NCBI RefSeq assembly: GCF_963921235.1
Contig: NC_086125.1
Location: forward strand, 14,880,001-14,944,000
Source of the DNA: Mobula hypostoma
Lineage: Eukaryota
Reading direction: 5' to 3'
Length of the DNA: 64,000 bases
Below are positions 1 to 13,110 of the stretch, one piece after another (position 1 is the first letter of the stretch; each line of letters starts with the position of its first letter). A program made the translations under genes and the position numbers. The notes under the pieces were generated by a model that made no database searches, was not told the DNA's origin, and saw nothing but the letters and a program-made list of their open reading frames with translations.

Positions 1-722
1 AGAGAGAGCTGTCTGGAGCGGCTCCCCCTTTGAACCCTGAACTGTTTGAAGTGATGGACAGGCGATACCCCAGCAGGGGGATAAAAAGGGACAGGTTCGC
101 TAAGGCAGGACACACACGACACCCGAGGTAACGAGACACTGGAAGCGGTGCGCCTCTCACGAGTCGGTGGGAAGTACCAGACCTTAAACGCACAGGGTGG
201 AAAGGTACGATCAGCGGGAACCCGGTGTGTGTCCACCCTCGCTTGGGTGCCGGGTTCACTGCAGAGGATCGACCACATCTGGAGGAGGGGTCACAGTCGG
301 TGACCTCAGGTGACATCATAAAGGACCCGCCCGGGAGCTGCTGTTTGTGAGCAATATCGCCGGTCTGTGAGTGGAAGCCGTTCTGAATGATCAGTCGTTC
401 CCGTTCTCTCTCTCTTTCTCCCCCCCACGTTGTCCATCGCCATGGCAACGATTACTGCCAACTGAACTACTAAATTGGACTGGACTTTGTGTCACTTTGA
501 AATTGGTCATTTATCCTTAGACAACGATAGAGCTTGATTGATGCTGTTATCTTAATTCTGTTTACATGTGTGTTTATCATTGCTGAACTGTTGCATTTAT
601 TATCCTTTCGATTACTGTGTTGCTTGTTTCTTTAATAAAACTTTCTTAGTTCTAGTAATCCAGACTCCAACTGAGTGATCCATTTCTGCTGGTTTGGCAA
701 CCCAGTTACGGGGTACGTAACA
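1..722 (+). mobile_element. 3' part of an LTR (Gypsy-like), cut by the window start
   Basis: TATA-like GGATAAAAAGG near 80, AATAAA near 634, ends GGGGTACGTAACA at 722; CpG-rich compared with flanks. Confidence 0.65.
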
Positions 723-1879
723 ATGTGAGGTCTGGTCAGCCATTTTCAAGGGAGATATTTCAAAACTTGAGAAGACAAAACATCCTACTGATGGGAGAAT
801 GGGAAAAACTGGAAAAAGTCTTATACAGGGCTACATCACCTCCAAACAGAACTCAACATTTTCAGCTGATTTTGCCTGGGATTTGAGAAGATTTACGGAT
901 TAGTCAGAGATCATTTCTATTGACCACAAATGAAGTCTGAAGTTGAAGATTACTGTAAGTCATGCATGTGTTATATTCAGACGTAATGCCCTGGTTCACA
1001 TCTTCACTGTTATGCTGTAGGTATTTCATTTGGCGGCTCTGTTCTGCTTTCAGCCTGTCTGAGTTATTGTTGAAGATAAGGGATGATGTTGGAATGTGTG
1101 CCATTCAATTAGCGGGAGGTTTTCTTGGGGAGAGACAATAAGATTGGTCTTGAGCTTTTGTTCATCGGGAGATGAAGAGAGAAAATGCTGGGGAGAACCG
1201 GGTCATAACATACGATCCAGTGGGAGACCCATTTGTTCAAAATGGACTGCGAGTGACATTTGGAAGGTGGTGTGGGCGTTCACGCTGACCGAGGGGCCCA
1301 GCGCATGAGTGACAGAATAGTTCAAGATGAGCTCCAACTTGTGCATATTTGAGTGTTTAATTAGAATGGGCCCTGTTCTTTTTGTTATTCTTTACTAACC
1401 CTTTAGTTAAATTAACATTTATAAATGTAATTCCTTTAATCATATGCAGTGTATTGCCTGTTTTTTTGTGGCACTAATTTGTAACAGTGTAGAAAATTAC
1501 ACAGCATCCACACAAACTGGGTTTTGGGGTGGGACGACCGAGGTATGAGAGTTCATCATTAAGGATGTGTTTTCAGGGTACTTGGAGGCACACAATAAAA
1601 TAGGCTAAAGTCAGTATAGAAGGATTTTCCCCCTCATGTTCCCCTTAAATATTTCACCTTTCCCCTTTAAGCAATTTCTACTAGTTCTAGTAGATTGGAT
1701 GGCATAACTCAGGAAAAGCTTGGTTGTTCTTATTTACTCATTTTTAGGCTATGTTTCTTAATGCCCCAAACTAGTAGCTTGGGCTCCTTTGAGTGCAGTG
1801 AATTTCTCCTGGAGCTGCACTGGTTCCATCAAATCAGGTTCTTCCAGTAGTGACTAGCAGCTGCTGCCATCTGTAACTT

Positions 1880-2620
1880 CTGCAATCACTGCATTTCACA
1901 ACAAACAATGATAGCTGCAAAAGTGTTCTGGGAGAAATACTTTATTCATGATGGCCTCCCGAGATACACAGTGATCAGGGAAGGGATTTTGAGAGCCGTG
2001 TCATACATGAATTACTGAGCATGCTTGGAGTCGAGAAGTCAAGGACCATGCCATATCATCCTCAAGGCAATTCTCTGCCTGAGAGATTCAACAGGACATT
2101 GTTAGACATGCTAGGAGCTCTTGATGCCAAGAACGACAAGTGGAGTCAACATATTGGACATTTAGCATCCCTGTTACAACTGTACTCAGAATGAAGCTAC
2201 TGGTTATTCGCCATGCTATCTAATGGTCAGAGATGAAGCCAGATTATCTGTGGATCTTTGTTTAGGAACCCCTAGTGAGAACTTGCCACTGAAAACTTAC
2301 CGCAGTTACAGTAAGTACCTGATAGGAGAAAAGAACTGCAAAAAGCTTATGATCTAGCAGCTGTTTCAGCTAGAAAACAAAACCAAGAAAACAAGACGAG
2401 ATATAATCAAAAGATTAAAACTTTCTAAACTGATGCCTGGAGATAAAGTTCTAATAAGAAATTTAGGACAACAAGGGATGCATAAATTGGCCACAAACTC
2501 GGATTCTACACCTTACAGTATGTAGTGGAGAGTCCGATGCCAAACTTGCCACTTCTTCGATTGAAAATTTTCCTGTGAAAACTCTCCATCGGAACAACCT
2601 TTTACCTCTAGGGCAGAGAG
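1880..2620 (+). mobile_element. Degraded Gypsy/Ty3 integrase fragment
   Basis: Translates to IHSDQGRDFESRVIHELLSMLGVEKSRTMPYHPQGNSLPERFNRTLLDMLG (integrase core), with frameshifts and stops on both sides. Confidence 0.9.
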
Positions 2621-3819
2621 TACATATTGACCCAGAGTCCGACGAAAAACCTACACCCAGTAAAACAACTCTGCAATGGAGAAGAAGAAAAGAAAAGAAA
2701 CCAGCTGAAGATAAATCAGACAATAGTATGATTTCAGTGGAAGGCATAAAGAGGAAACTGTAAAAGAGAAACCAGACAAATCCATTGAATACTGTGCAGA
2801 TTCAGAAGATGAGGAAATTGGAATATGGTATGACTTACTTAGGCCAACCTCCCAAGAGGACTTGATGAAGAAATAGTGGAACATTTCAGTCTAGACATAG
2901 GTATAGTGGAGAATACAGCCATCGAACAACAAAAAGCGATACTGGATAGTGAAAGGAAAATAAATTCCAATATAATTGAAGATGAAGCCGAGTCTAATCA
3001 GAGGGCAGGAGAAACTGAGTTGTAGGAAGGAGTAAATGAGAGACTGGACAAGGCATTTCAAAGTAAACAGGAAAAGTCAGGAGCTTATGGTGAGAGAGTT
3101 ACACACAAATAGAGGAAATGAGTAGAAAGGCAAAGGGTTGGGGTGGTGTTTTGGGAAACTCTGATTAAAGCATAATGAGAGCATTTTGTCCAGTTCTAGT
3201 CTCCACACGTAGGAAAGATATGAAGAGTGCAGGGAATTTTATCAAAATATTCTTCAAAACAGAAATATTAGCTACATGTTCTCTTTGTGTGGGGATTTGA
3301 TAGTGCACAATTTCATACAAGTTGGATGTAATGGTGGTGATGAATGTGAGTGTTGACAGTGGAGAGGCACAGACCACAGCTTTGGACAGAGCATGTGAGA
3401 AAGTACATTTTCAATGGCCGTGGATCATGTGGAAGCAGAGACAATAAACGGATTGAAAAAGAGATTGAAATGGTGCTTGAAGACTAGCAAGCGAATGGCT
3501 CCTCTGCACAAAGCCAGCATCAACCATATGGGACAATTGACCTCCTTCTGTATTGGAGTGATTGTAACTTTGGCTCTGTTAACTGACCTGAAGGGATTAA
3601 TGAATCCCAACTGAAACTGAATAAACAGCTTAATGATAATTCAGTCACCGATGTTTACCTGGGTAGAGCTTTTCTCATATATTTTTCCCTTTCTATTCTT
3701 TATGGAAAAAAATAACTGGTAACTTGATAATTACCATTTAGCATTACGTTCTCAGCTAGAAGATCTCTGAGGAGGAGATGAGAGAGCAGTTATCTTTCAT
3801 CTCACATCTGACATATCAC

Positions 3820-4160
3820 ATCACCCAGACACAGAACATCTTCAAGAAGCAGTGCCGGAAGAAGGCTGCATTCATAATTAAGGATGCTCACCATTTAGAA
3901 CACACTATCTTCTCATGACAACCATAGGGGAGGAAATACAGGAGCCTGAAGACCCACACTCAATGTTTTAGGAACAGTTTTTTCCTCTCTGCCATCAGAT
4001 TTCTCACTGTTCCATGAACCCATGAACACTCCCTTGCAATTCCCCTTTCACACTATTTATTTATTTGTTTGTTTGTAACTTATAGTAATTTTTAGGTCTT
4101 GCACTATACTGCTGCTACTAAACAACACTTCATGACATGTCTGCGCTAATAAACACAATT
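3820..4160 (+). mobile_element. Rex1/Babar LINE 3' fragment
   Basis: Homologous to 26340-26700 (GRKYRSLKTHT, NSFFPSAIRFL, T-rich 3' UTR). Confidence 0.75.
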
Positions 4161-4559
4161 CAAATATTTGAAGATTCAAAGTAGATTTAATATCAAGGTA
4201 TGTATACAGAATAGTACTCTGAGATTCATTCTCCCAGAGACAGCATGAAAATGAGAAACGCCATGGAACCCCTTCAAGAAAAGATCAAAAACCCAACCCT
4301 CGAAAAAAAGACAGAAATGTGCAGATGGCAAAAAGCGAGCGAACAACACGTAGAATATCAAACATCAAACCAGTAGTATTCAGCTTAGTTCTGGTCAGTG
4401 TTGCGCCTCTGACTAGGGCCATTCTTTGCTGAAGCGCAATTTAATTACTTCTGCTTTTTATTTTTGGGCTGAAGTGGTATTGACCTGAACTGTGAAAGCT
4501 GAGGAGTCATTCTGACAATATTGACCTAAATATCAGGGGCTTTCACATAGATATGACAG

Positions 4560-4670
4560 GGAGGGGACAAAGCAGGTGCTACACCTTGCCCAAGGGTGAC
4601 CTGCAGGCTCGCAGAGGGAAGGAGCACCTTTCACCTCCTTTGGTAGAGATGTATCTACTCCCTGCCACCC
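4560..4670 (-). mobile_element. Fragment of the same short repeat family as 23905-24270
   Basis: Reverse complement matches 23915-24010. Confidence 0.65.
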
Positions 4671-4784
4671 GTACCAAAAGTGGTAGCCTAACAAATGAGA
4701 AAGTTGAACCAAATACAGAAGTTAGAAAAAGCAAGTCCAGTAGGCGGGGCAGGCAGGAGAAGAGCAGGGAGTGAGGAATGACTG

Positions 4785-7700
4785 ACAGTCAGATGTGAAA
4801 TTTCCAGGAGTCTTCCAGCCTTCTAGATGGCCACATCTGCATCAGGTGCAGTGAGATGCCACTCCTTAGAGACCAGGTTTGGGAACTGGAGCTGCAGCTT
4901 GATAACTTTTGGCTTGTTATGGAAAGAGAGGAGGTGATAGAAAGGAGTTACAGGGAGGTAGTCACCCCAAGGCTGCAGATAAGTGGATGACTGTCAAGCG
5001 AGGGAAGGGGAAACCTCAGATTGTGGAGAGCACCCCGTGACTGTCCCCTCAACAATAAGAACTCCATTTTGAGTACTGTTGGTGGGCAGGGATGGACCTG
5101 GGAGAAGCAATGCCTCTGGCCCTATGGCTCAGAAGGATGGTGAACTAAAGATGATGGCAGCAATAATAGAGGACTCTATAGTTAGGTGGACAGATAGACC
5201 ATTCTGAGGATGCAAAAAAAGAAACAAGGATGGTAGTTTCCCTCCTAAGTGCCAGGGTCTGTGATGTTTCTGAATGCCTCCACAATAGCCTGAAGAGGGA
5301 GGGTGAGCAGTCAGAGGTTGTGGTACATATTGGTGCCAACGACATAAGTAGAAAAATGGAGTGGTCCTGAAAACAGAATACAGGGAGTTAGGAAGGAAGT
5401 TGTGAAGCAGGACTCAAGGGGATTTTCCCCCTGTGCCATGCGACAGTGAGGATAGGAATAGGATGAGGTTGCAGGTAAATGCGTGGCTGAAGATTTAAGG
5501 CAGGAAGCAAGGATTCAGATTTCTGGATCATTGGAACCTCCTCTGGGGCAGGTGTGACCTGTACAAGAGGGATGGGTTGCACTTGAATCCGAAGGGGACC
5601 AATATCCTTGTGGGCAGGTTTGCTAAAGCTGCTGGGAGTGGTTTAAGCTAATATGGTAGGGGGCTGGGGACCAGTAAAATAGAGCTGAGGATGAGCCAGC
5701 AGGTTTAAAAGTAGATGATGGGTGTAATATGAATGTAAGGAAGGACAAGCCAGTAATTGGGTGCAAATGCAGACAGTTCAGAGCGTTGTTATATCATAGA
5801 GGCAAAATTCAAAAGGGCAAACAATGCAAAACTGAAGGTACTGTATTTAAGTGCATGTAGTATTTGGAATCAGGTGGATGAACTCGCAACACAGTTAGAG
5901 ATTGGCCTGTATGACGTTGTGGGCATCACTGAGTCGTGGCTGAAAGAAGGTAATAGTTGGGAGCTTAATATCAGAGGGTATACTTTGTATTGAAAAGACA
6001 GGCTGAAAGGCATAGGCAGTGGTGTGGCTCTGTTGGTAAGAGATGGAATTACATGTTTAGATAGAGGTGACATAGGGTCAGAGAATCTTTGTGTGTGGAG
6101 TTTAACAACTGCAAGGGTAAAACAAGCACATTATGGGAATCATATATAGGCCTCCAAATGATAGCCAAGATGTGGGATTGAGATTGCAAAGAGAGGTGGA
6201 AAGGGTATGTAATACGGGTAATGTTACAATTGTAATGGAGGACTTCAATATACAAGGGGATTGAGAAAATTAGGTTGGTGTCAGATCGCAAGAGACGGGA
6301 TTGGTTGAACGCCGAAGAGATGGCTTTTTAGAGCAACTGGTGCTTGAGTCAACTCAGGGAAAGGCTATCTTAGATTGAGTGTGGTGTAATTTCAGATTTT
6401 ATTAGGGAGTTTAAGGTAAAGGAATCTTTAGAAGATGGTGATCATAATATGATTGAATTCATACTGCAATATGAGAGGGAGAAGAATAAGTCAGGTGTAT
6501 CAGTATTGCAATGGAATAAAGGGCATTACAGAGGCATGAGAGAGAAGCTTGCCCAGGTAGATTGGAGGTGGTTACAGGTGGGGATGACAGCAGATTAGAG
6601 GTGGCAAAGTTTCTGGGAATAGTTCACAAGGTGCAGGATAGATATGTCCTACAGAAGAAGAAGTTCTCAAATGGCAGGAGTAGGTAGGGGTGGCTGACAC
6701 GGGAAGTTGAGGACTGCATAAGAGCCAAGGAAAGGGCTTATAATGTAGCAAAAGTGACTGGGGAGTTAGATGATTGGGAGGTTTCTAAAATCCAACAAAA
6801 GGCAACTAAAAAAGCTCTAAGAAGGGAAAAGATGAAATATGAGGACAAAGTAGCCAATAATATAAAGCAGGATACTGAAAGATTTTCTGGTTATCTAAAG
6901 AGTAAAAGGGAGGTGAGAGTTGATATTGGACCACTGGGAAATGATGCTGGTGAGGAAGTAATGGGGGCAAAAGAAAATTGTGGATGAACTTGGTAAATAC
7001 TTTGCATCAGTCTTCACTGTGGAAGACACCAGCAGTATGCTAGAGGTCCGCGAGTGTCAGGGAGCAAGAGTGAATGTGTTTACTATTACAAAGGAAAAAA
7101 TGCTTGGCAAACTGGAAGGTCTTAAGATGGACAAGTCACTGGACCAGATGGGCTACATCTTAGAGTTATGAAAGAGGTTACTAAAGAGATAACAGATGCT
7201 TGGTCATGATCTTTCAAGAATCACTTGATTCTGGTATGGTTTAGGAGGACTGGAAAATTGCAAATGTCACTCCTCTCTTTAAGAAGGGAAGAAGGCAAAA
7301 AAAAAAGAGAAAATTATAGCCCAGTTAGCCTAACCTCAGTCGCTGGAAAAGTGTTGGAGTCCGTTATTAAGGATGAGGTTTCAGGGCACTTGGAGACTAA
7401 CGATAAAGTAAGTCAAAGTCAGCATGGTATCTGTAAAGAGAAATCTTGCCTGACAAATCTGTTAGAGTTCTTCAAGGAAGTAATAAGCAGGGTGGACAAA
7501 GGAGAGACAGTGGATATCATTTACTTGGATTTTCAGAAGGCATTTGATAAGTTGCCGCACATGAGGCTGCTTAACTAGATAAAATCCCATGGCATTACAG
7601 GAAAGGTACTGGCATGAATAGAGGAATGGCTGACAGGCAGGAGGCAGCGAGTTGGAATAAAAGGGGCCTTTTCTGGTTGGCTGCCAGTGACTAGTTGTGA

Positions 7701-8720
7701 TCCTCAGGGGTCAGTATTGGGACTGGTTCTTTTCACATTGTTTATCAATAGTTTAGATAATGGAATTAATTGAACTTGTGGCAAAGTTTGCAGATGATAT
7801 GAAGACAGGTGTAGGGTAGGTAGTGTTGAGGAAGCAATATGATTGCGGCAGGACTTTAGACAAATTAGAAGAATGGACAAAAAGTGGCAGATGCAATATA
7901 GTGTTGGGAAATGTATGATAATGCATTTTGGGAAAAGGAACAGTAGTGCAGACTATTTTCTAACTGGGGAGAAAATTCAAACGTCAGAGATGTAAAGGGA
8001 CTTAGGAGACTGCGTGAAAGGCTCCCAGAAGGTTAATTTATGGGTTGAGTCTGTGGTAAGGAAGGCAAATGCAATGTTGGCATTCATTTCAAGGGGAATG
8101 GAACATTAAAAAAAAACAAGGAGCTAATGCAGTGCCTTGATAAGACACTAGTCAGGCTGCACTTGGAGTATTGTCAACAGTTTTGGGCCCCATATCTCAG
8201 AAAGGATGTGTTGTCATTAGGGAGAGTCCAGAAGAGGTTTACGAGGATGATTCCAGGAATGAAGGGGTTAACATATGGGGAGCGTTTGGCAGCTTTGGGT
8301 CTGTACTTACTGGAGTTTAGAAGAATGGGGGTTCTCATTGAAACCGACTGAATATTGAAAGGACTAGATAAGGTGGATGTGGAAAGGATGTTCCCTTTGG
8401 TGGGGGTGTCCAGAACTTGAAGACCCAGCCTCAAAATTGAGGGGCGACCCTTTAGAACTGAGGTAAGAAGGAATTTTTTAGCTAGGGAGTAGTGAATCAG
8501 TGGAATGCTCTGCCACAGACTGTGGTGGACGCCAAGTCCATGGGTATGTTTAAAGCAAAAGTTGATCGTTTCCTGATTTGTCAGGGCATCAAAGACTATG
8601 ATGAGAAGGCAGGTGTATGGGGTTGAGTGGGATCCAGGATCAGCCATGATGGAATTGTGGAGCAGACTAGGTGGGAGGAATGGCCTAAATCTGCTTCTAT
8701 GTCTCATGGTCTTATTGTCT
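4785..8720 (+). mobile_element. Near full-length degraded CR1 LINE (esterase ORF1 plus APE-RT ORF2)
   Basis: ORF1 SGNH motifs: (G/E)DSIVR near 5170, VVVHIGAND near 5317, DGLHLN near 5571. ORF2: DVVGITESWL, YLDFQKAFDK near 7520, PQGSVLG near 7700, KFADD near 7785, LEYC.QFW. Many stops and frameshifts; ends in a short-repeat tail. Confidence 0.93.
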
Positions 8721-9404
8721 TGTGGTTGAGAATTGGACAGGATTGGCAGTTTAATATTCTGGGATATCCAGGAAACCGGTGTGACAGAGATGGAGATAGG
8801 AGAGGAAGAGAAGCTGCACTATTGGTTAGGTTGAACATCATGGCAGTACTTAGAGGGTCAAACAGTATTTATGGTGAGAAATGGACAGTCGACATTTCAG
8901 GTTGACACTCTCATCTAGACTGGAAAGACAGGTGGGAGGCAGCCAGTATGCAGTAAAAGGTTAGTGGGGGATCGGTGGTGGAGCAAAAGTGATAAGTGGA
9001 TCTGGGTGATGGGGTGATAAGCTGATGTAAAAGTGAGGAAAGTGTTTTGTCATCATTAGCAATTGAAGATAAGAAATTCTGAGTAACCATTTCTGAAATT
9101 ATAGATAACATCCAGAGAGACTAAGTATTGGAAAGAATCAATAAAAGGTGGTCAGAATTTGATCAGTGTGTTGTCAGGGAGCTGTGACATTTGAACAATA
9201 AATCCTCATATAAGCAGTTTGCATGATGGGGTCATACAATGATCATACCTACCACTTTGAGAGAACAGTGTGACAGAAATTTCATACCAAATAAATAGGA
9301 ATAGGCAATAAAAAAGAAAGTGAAAGAAGGTTTGCTTACTGTCATACTTTGAATCAGTGGTAAGCAAATACAATACAGTATGTTCCAGAACTAGGAACTT
9401 ACTT

Positions 9405-9740
9405 TCTTACTTATTTACTGCCTGTTATGCCACTGGCATTTAGGGCAGTAATGAAGGTCCTCCATCTCTGTTGTTGTTAGCCACTCAGAAGGATTTTTCA
9501 TTGCTGTTTCTGTAACAATTTTGTTTTACGAATCAGCATTTTTAACCCTGAGCTGAAACCCGAAGTCTGGAGGACTGGTGGACCACTCTTGGTCTGACCT
9601 CAATCCTTTGACCTGTTTGGCATGGGTGACCCTACTAGGAGCCAAAGTGTAAAATCCTGATTCCAGCCAACATAGCTTTCTGAGTCATTAAGGCAAGTGA
9701 GCCCCTCAACCATGACAAAGTTGTGGTCCTCTTGGAGAAG
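9405..9740 (-). mobile_element. RTE-derived non-autonomous element
   Basis: On minus ends ...TGCCCTAAATGCCAGTGGCATAACAGGCAGTAAATAAGTAAG, an RTE/Expander-like 3' end with a (TAAG)n tail. Confidence 0.55.
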
Positions 9741-10069
9741 AACTAGGAAGGAACTTCAGACAATGACTTTGCAGTCAATACCTTGGCTCAGTGGACCTTA
9801 TCATTAACTATTTTGGAAAAGATACTGCTAATTAACTGGTACTAATCTATAACCACATAAAGTGGATAGAAGTAAGACATGGGTTCATGTATTATTATTT
9901 CTAGTATTATAGGTAAGATCTGTATCTACACATCATGGCTTACCTGAAGAGATCTCTTGTGAAAATGGTTTTCTTTCCATCATGAACATTGACTTCTCAA
10001 ACTTCCGCTAATGCCCCACCACCCCGTCATACCCCATCCGTTATTTATTTATATACACACATTCTTTCT

Positions 10070-10105
10070 AGTCCTGACGAAGGGTCTCGGCCTGAAACGT
10101 CGACT
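10070..10105 (+). ncRNA. Minimal type I hammerhead ribozyme motif
   Basis: AGUC-CUGACGA-A-GGGU(CUCG)GCCU-GAAA-CGUC/GACU; helix I AGUC:GACU; predicted cut after C10101. Confidence 0.75.
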
Positions 10106-10411
10106 GCGCCTCTTCCTATAGATGCTGCTTGGCCTGCTGCGTTCACCAGCAACTTTGATGTATGTTTCTTTCTCTCTCTCTCCTTTTTCTCCCTCTGTCC
10201 CTCTCACTATACCCCTTGCCCATCCTCTGGGTTTTCCCCCCTAACTCTTTTCTTTCTCCCTAGGCCTCCTGTCCCATGATCCCCTCATCCCTTTTGCCAA
10301 TCAACTGTCCAGCTCTTGGCTCCATCCCTCCCCTTCCTGTCTTCTCCTATCATTTTGGATCTCCCCCTCCTCCTCCCACTTTCAAATCTCTTACTAGCTC
10401 TTCTTTCAGTT

Positions 10412-10447
10412 AGTCCTGACGAAGGGTCTCAGCCCGAAACGTCGACT
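10412..10447 (+). ncRNA. Minimal type I hammerhead ribozyme motif
   Basis: AGUC-CUGACGA-A-GGGU(CUCA)GCCC-GAAA-CGUC/GACU; predicted cut after C10443. Confidence 0.78.
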
Positions 10448-11254
10448 GTACCTCTTCCTAGAGATGCTGCCTGGCCTGCTGCGTTCACCAGCAACTTTTA
10501 TGTGTGTTGCTTTCTTGCCGTTTACTTCGATTGTCAGTTTCATGAAATGAAATAGGATCAAACCCATTTTTATTTACTTGTGTTATTCATCATGAAATGG
10601 AGCAGCTCAAAGATAAATCAAAATTGTCAAAATGTCCTAATAATGCGCTGTAGGAATGCTGGAAGCTGAGACTGAGATGTCACAAGGCAATTTCCTTGCT
10701 AAAGTAGAAAGCAACTGCAAACACCAGTAAAGGATGCAATAGGGCGTGCAACTATCTGAAAATGTGATCGAATCTTGCTCAATCAAAATATTGTTTCTGG
10801 GGTGAAGAAAAAAGGAAAATGGAATGAAACAGTAAGAAATGAATTTCAAGCAAAATAGATGCTTGCTGGTTCTTAGCCTCTCGCCACTCTCTCCTACACA
10901 TGCTAGGAGGCTAAACTCAATCAAGTGAGAGGTCAGAAACAAGGGTTTCCGGAATTATGGCACATCTGATTAAAATTAATGACAGAATCCAAATTACTCC
11001 TATGGATCAAATGATCTCTGCTACAGATTAATCAAATCCATTTGATGAACTAATTGATCATGAAGCTGGATCAGAGTTGGATCCAGGGCAGTCTTCATGA
11101 AGAGAAGGACAAATCCAAAGAAAATCCAACAAAGAAACAGAACATATTTTCTATTGAAATCCAGAAACGTATTGCCCAAAACTTGGTAATTTCGAGACAG
11201 ATCAGAAAAGCTGCAAACCAGTCGCCAGACTAGATTTATATTAATAGGCATTGT

Positions 11255-11880
11255 GATTGCCAGTTATTATCACACGGAATGTGATTGGAAGACTAGCGCA
11301 TCTTCAGGGCGCCAGGTTTTTGTGGCTCTGGAGATGGGCAGAGTTGAGGCCGATGCTGCCACCTGATGTGTCGTGGGAGTATACGGAAGATCGAAAGCAG
11401 CCAGCTGGCTGCTGGCCATGTGCCCAGAGACCGGAGTTTTTTAGGCACAGGGCTTGGAAAAAGCAACGCAACAGACTTTTAACACAATAAGTCAGCACGT
11501 TGTTTTGTTATGTCTCCTCTCTGGCTGTGAAACGGAGATACCTCTTTTCCCCTTATTAGGGAGAGAGAGAGCCTGTGGTATGTCGAATACCGGGTGAACT
11601 GGTAGTCATTGGGGTAAGGCAAGTCCGTGTCTTTATTGCACGCTTGAGTGCTTGGTGGGGGGTGCTGATGCTTTTTTGCTGGTGGGGGAGGGGGGGTCAT
11701 CGCTTTGCTGCTGATGCATAGGAGGGGGAGTTGCAGGGGTTTGGGGTTCTAACATTTAACTGTCATTCATTCTTTGGGGCACTTCTCTGTTGTCATGCAT
11801 GTTTGTGAAGAAAGAGAATTTCAGGATGTATATTGTACACATTTCTCTGACATGAAAAGTACGTACTGAAACCTACTGAA
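11255..11880 (+). mobile_element. Non-autonomous LINE-like/SINE-like repeat
   Basis: CpG-retaining body, LINE-type 3' end and short-repeat tail (TACTGAAACCTACTGAA); family not determined. Confidence 0.45.
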
Positions 11881-12339
11881 TGTATATGTTGTTATTTGTT
11901 CATCACTGTTGAATATGTAAAATGTGTATAAAACAAAACCTTAATTTATAAAATAATTAGGGACAATATATTGTCCTACAGTCCATGACTGTTAGTATGT
12001 GGATCTATAGTGATAATCTTAGACAGGGGAGTCATGTGGTTTGAATGGATTGTAACAACGTAACTGATCAAACAGTACATGTAAGGGTTAGAGTCATAGT
12101 CATACTATATAGAAAAGACCCTTTGGCCCATAGAGTCTGTGCTGACAATCAACCACCCATTATTGAAGATCCAGTTGAGTGGTGCCACAACAGCCAGAGA
12201 GCTGATTAGGGAGGAAGAAAGTGGAGGAGGTTCATGAGCCAGTCCTCATCAGGGGATTGAAGGTGGAGAGGGTCAGTAACTTTAAATTCCTTGATACTAT
12301 CATATTACAGGATATGTTCTGTGACCTTCACTTCAGTGC

Positions 12340-12905
12340 CTCGAATTCCGAGAGGTAATGTTGCAGCTATATAGAACCCTGGTCAGACCCAACTTGAAGT
12401 ACTCTGCTCATTCTGGTCCCCTCACTACAGGAAGGGTGTGGAAACCATAGAAAGGGTGCAGAGGAGATTTACGAGGATGTTGCCTCGATTGGGGAGCACG
12501 CCTTATGAGACTAGGTTGAGTGAACTCTGCCTTTTTTCCTTGGAGCGATGGAGGATGAGAGGTGACCTGATAGAGGTGTGCAAGATGATGAGAGGCATTG
12601 ATCATGTGGATAGTCAGAGGCTTTTTCCCAGGGCTGAGATGACTAGCATGAGAAGGCACAGTTTTAAGGTGCCTGGAAGTAGGTACAGAGGAGCTGTCAG
12701 GGATAAGTTTCTTACGCAGAGAGTGGTGAGTGCGAGGACGATAGGGTCTTTTAAGAGACTCCTGGATAGGTATATGGAGCTCAGAACAATAGAGGGCTAT
12801 GGGTAACCCTAGGTAATTTCTAAGGTAAGGACATGTTCGGCACAGTTTTGTGGGCCGAAGGGCCTGCATTGTGCTGTAAGTTTTCTATCTTTTTATATTC
12901 TATGT
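12340..12905 (+). mobile_element. CR1 LINE 3' fragment (adjacent Rex1 fragments at about 12165-12335 and 12910-13225)
   Basis: ERVQRRFTRMLP...RMRGDLIEV...FPRAE; homologous to 33378-33960. Confidence 0.9.
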
Positions 12906-12938
12906 TTCAATGGTTATTTGTATGTCTTTGTTTATGTA

Positions 12939-13110
12939 TTGTTGTTGTTCAGTTGTTCAGTCGAGTCTGACTCTTTGTGACCTGATAGGATTTTCATGGC
13001 AAGATATGGAAGTAGATTGCCAGGCCTTTCTTCCGTGGGACCTGGCTGGGTTTGAACTCAGGACCATCTGCCTTGAAGTCCAGTGCTAATACCACTACAC
13101 CATCAGCTGG
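12939..13110 (-). mobile_element. tRNA-derived SINE with BovB/RTE-like tail
   Basis: A box TGGTGTAGTGG (13102-13092), B box GAGTTCAAACC (13059-13049), 3' end GGTCACAAAGAGTCAGACTCGACTGAACAACTGAACAACAACAA. Confidence 0.75.

Larger units (their letters stand above)
9975..10510 (+). mobile_element. Penelope-like element pseudo-LTR, partial tandem repeat
   Basis: About 95-bp direct repeats at 10069-10165 and 10411-10507 around a pyrimidine-rich segment; same family at 28143, 41941 and 42209. Confidence 0.8.

Noticed and set aside
13040-13110. Functional tRNA gene (also the SINE heads in the array)
   Set aside because: No complete cloverleaf or Pol III terminator; each runs into a SINE body or tail.
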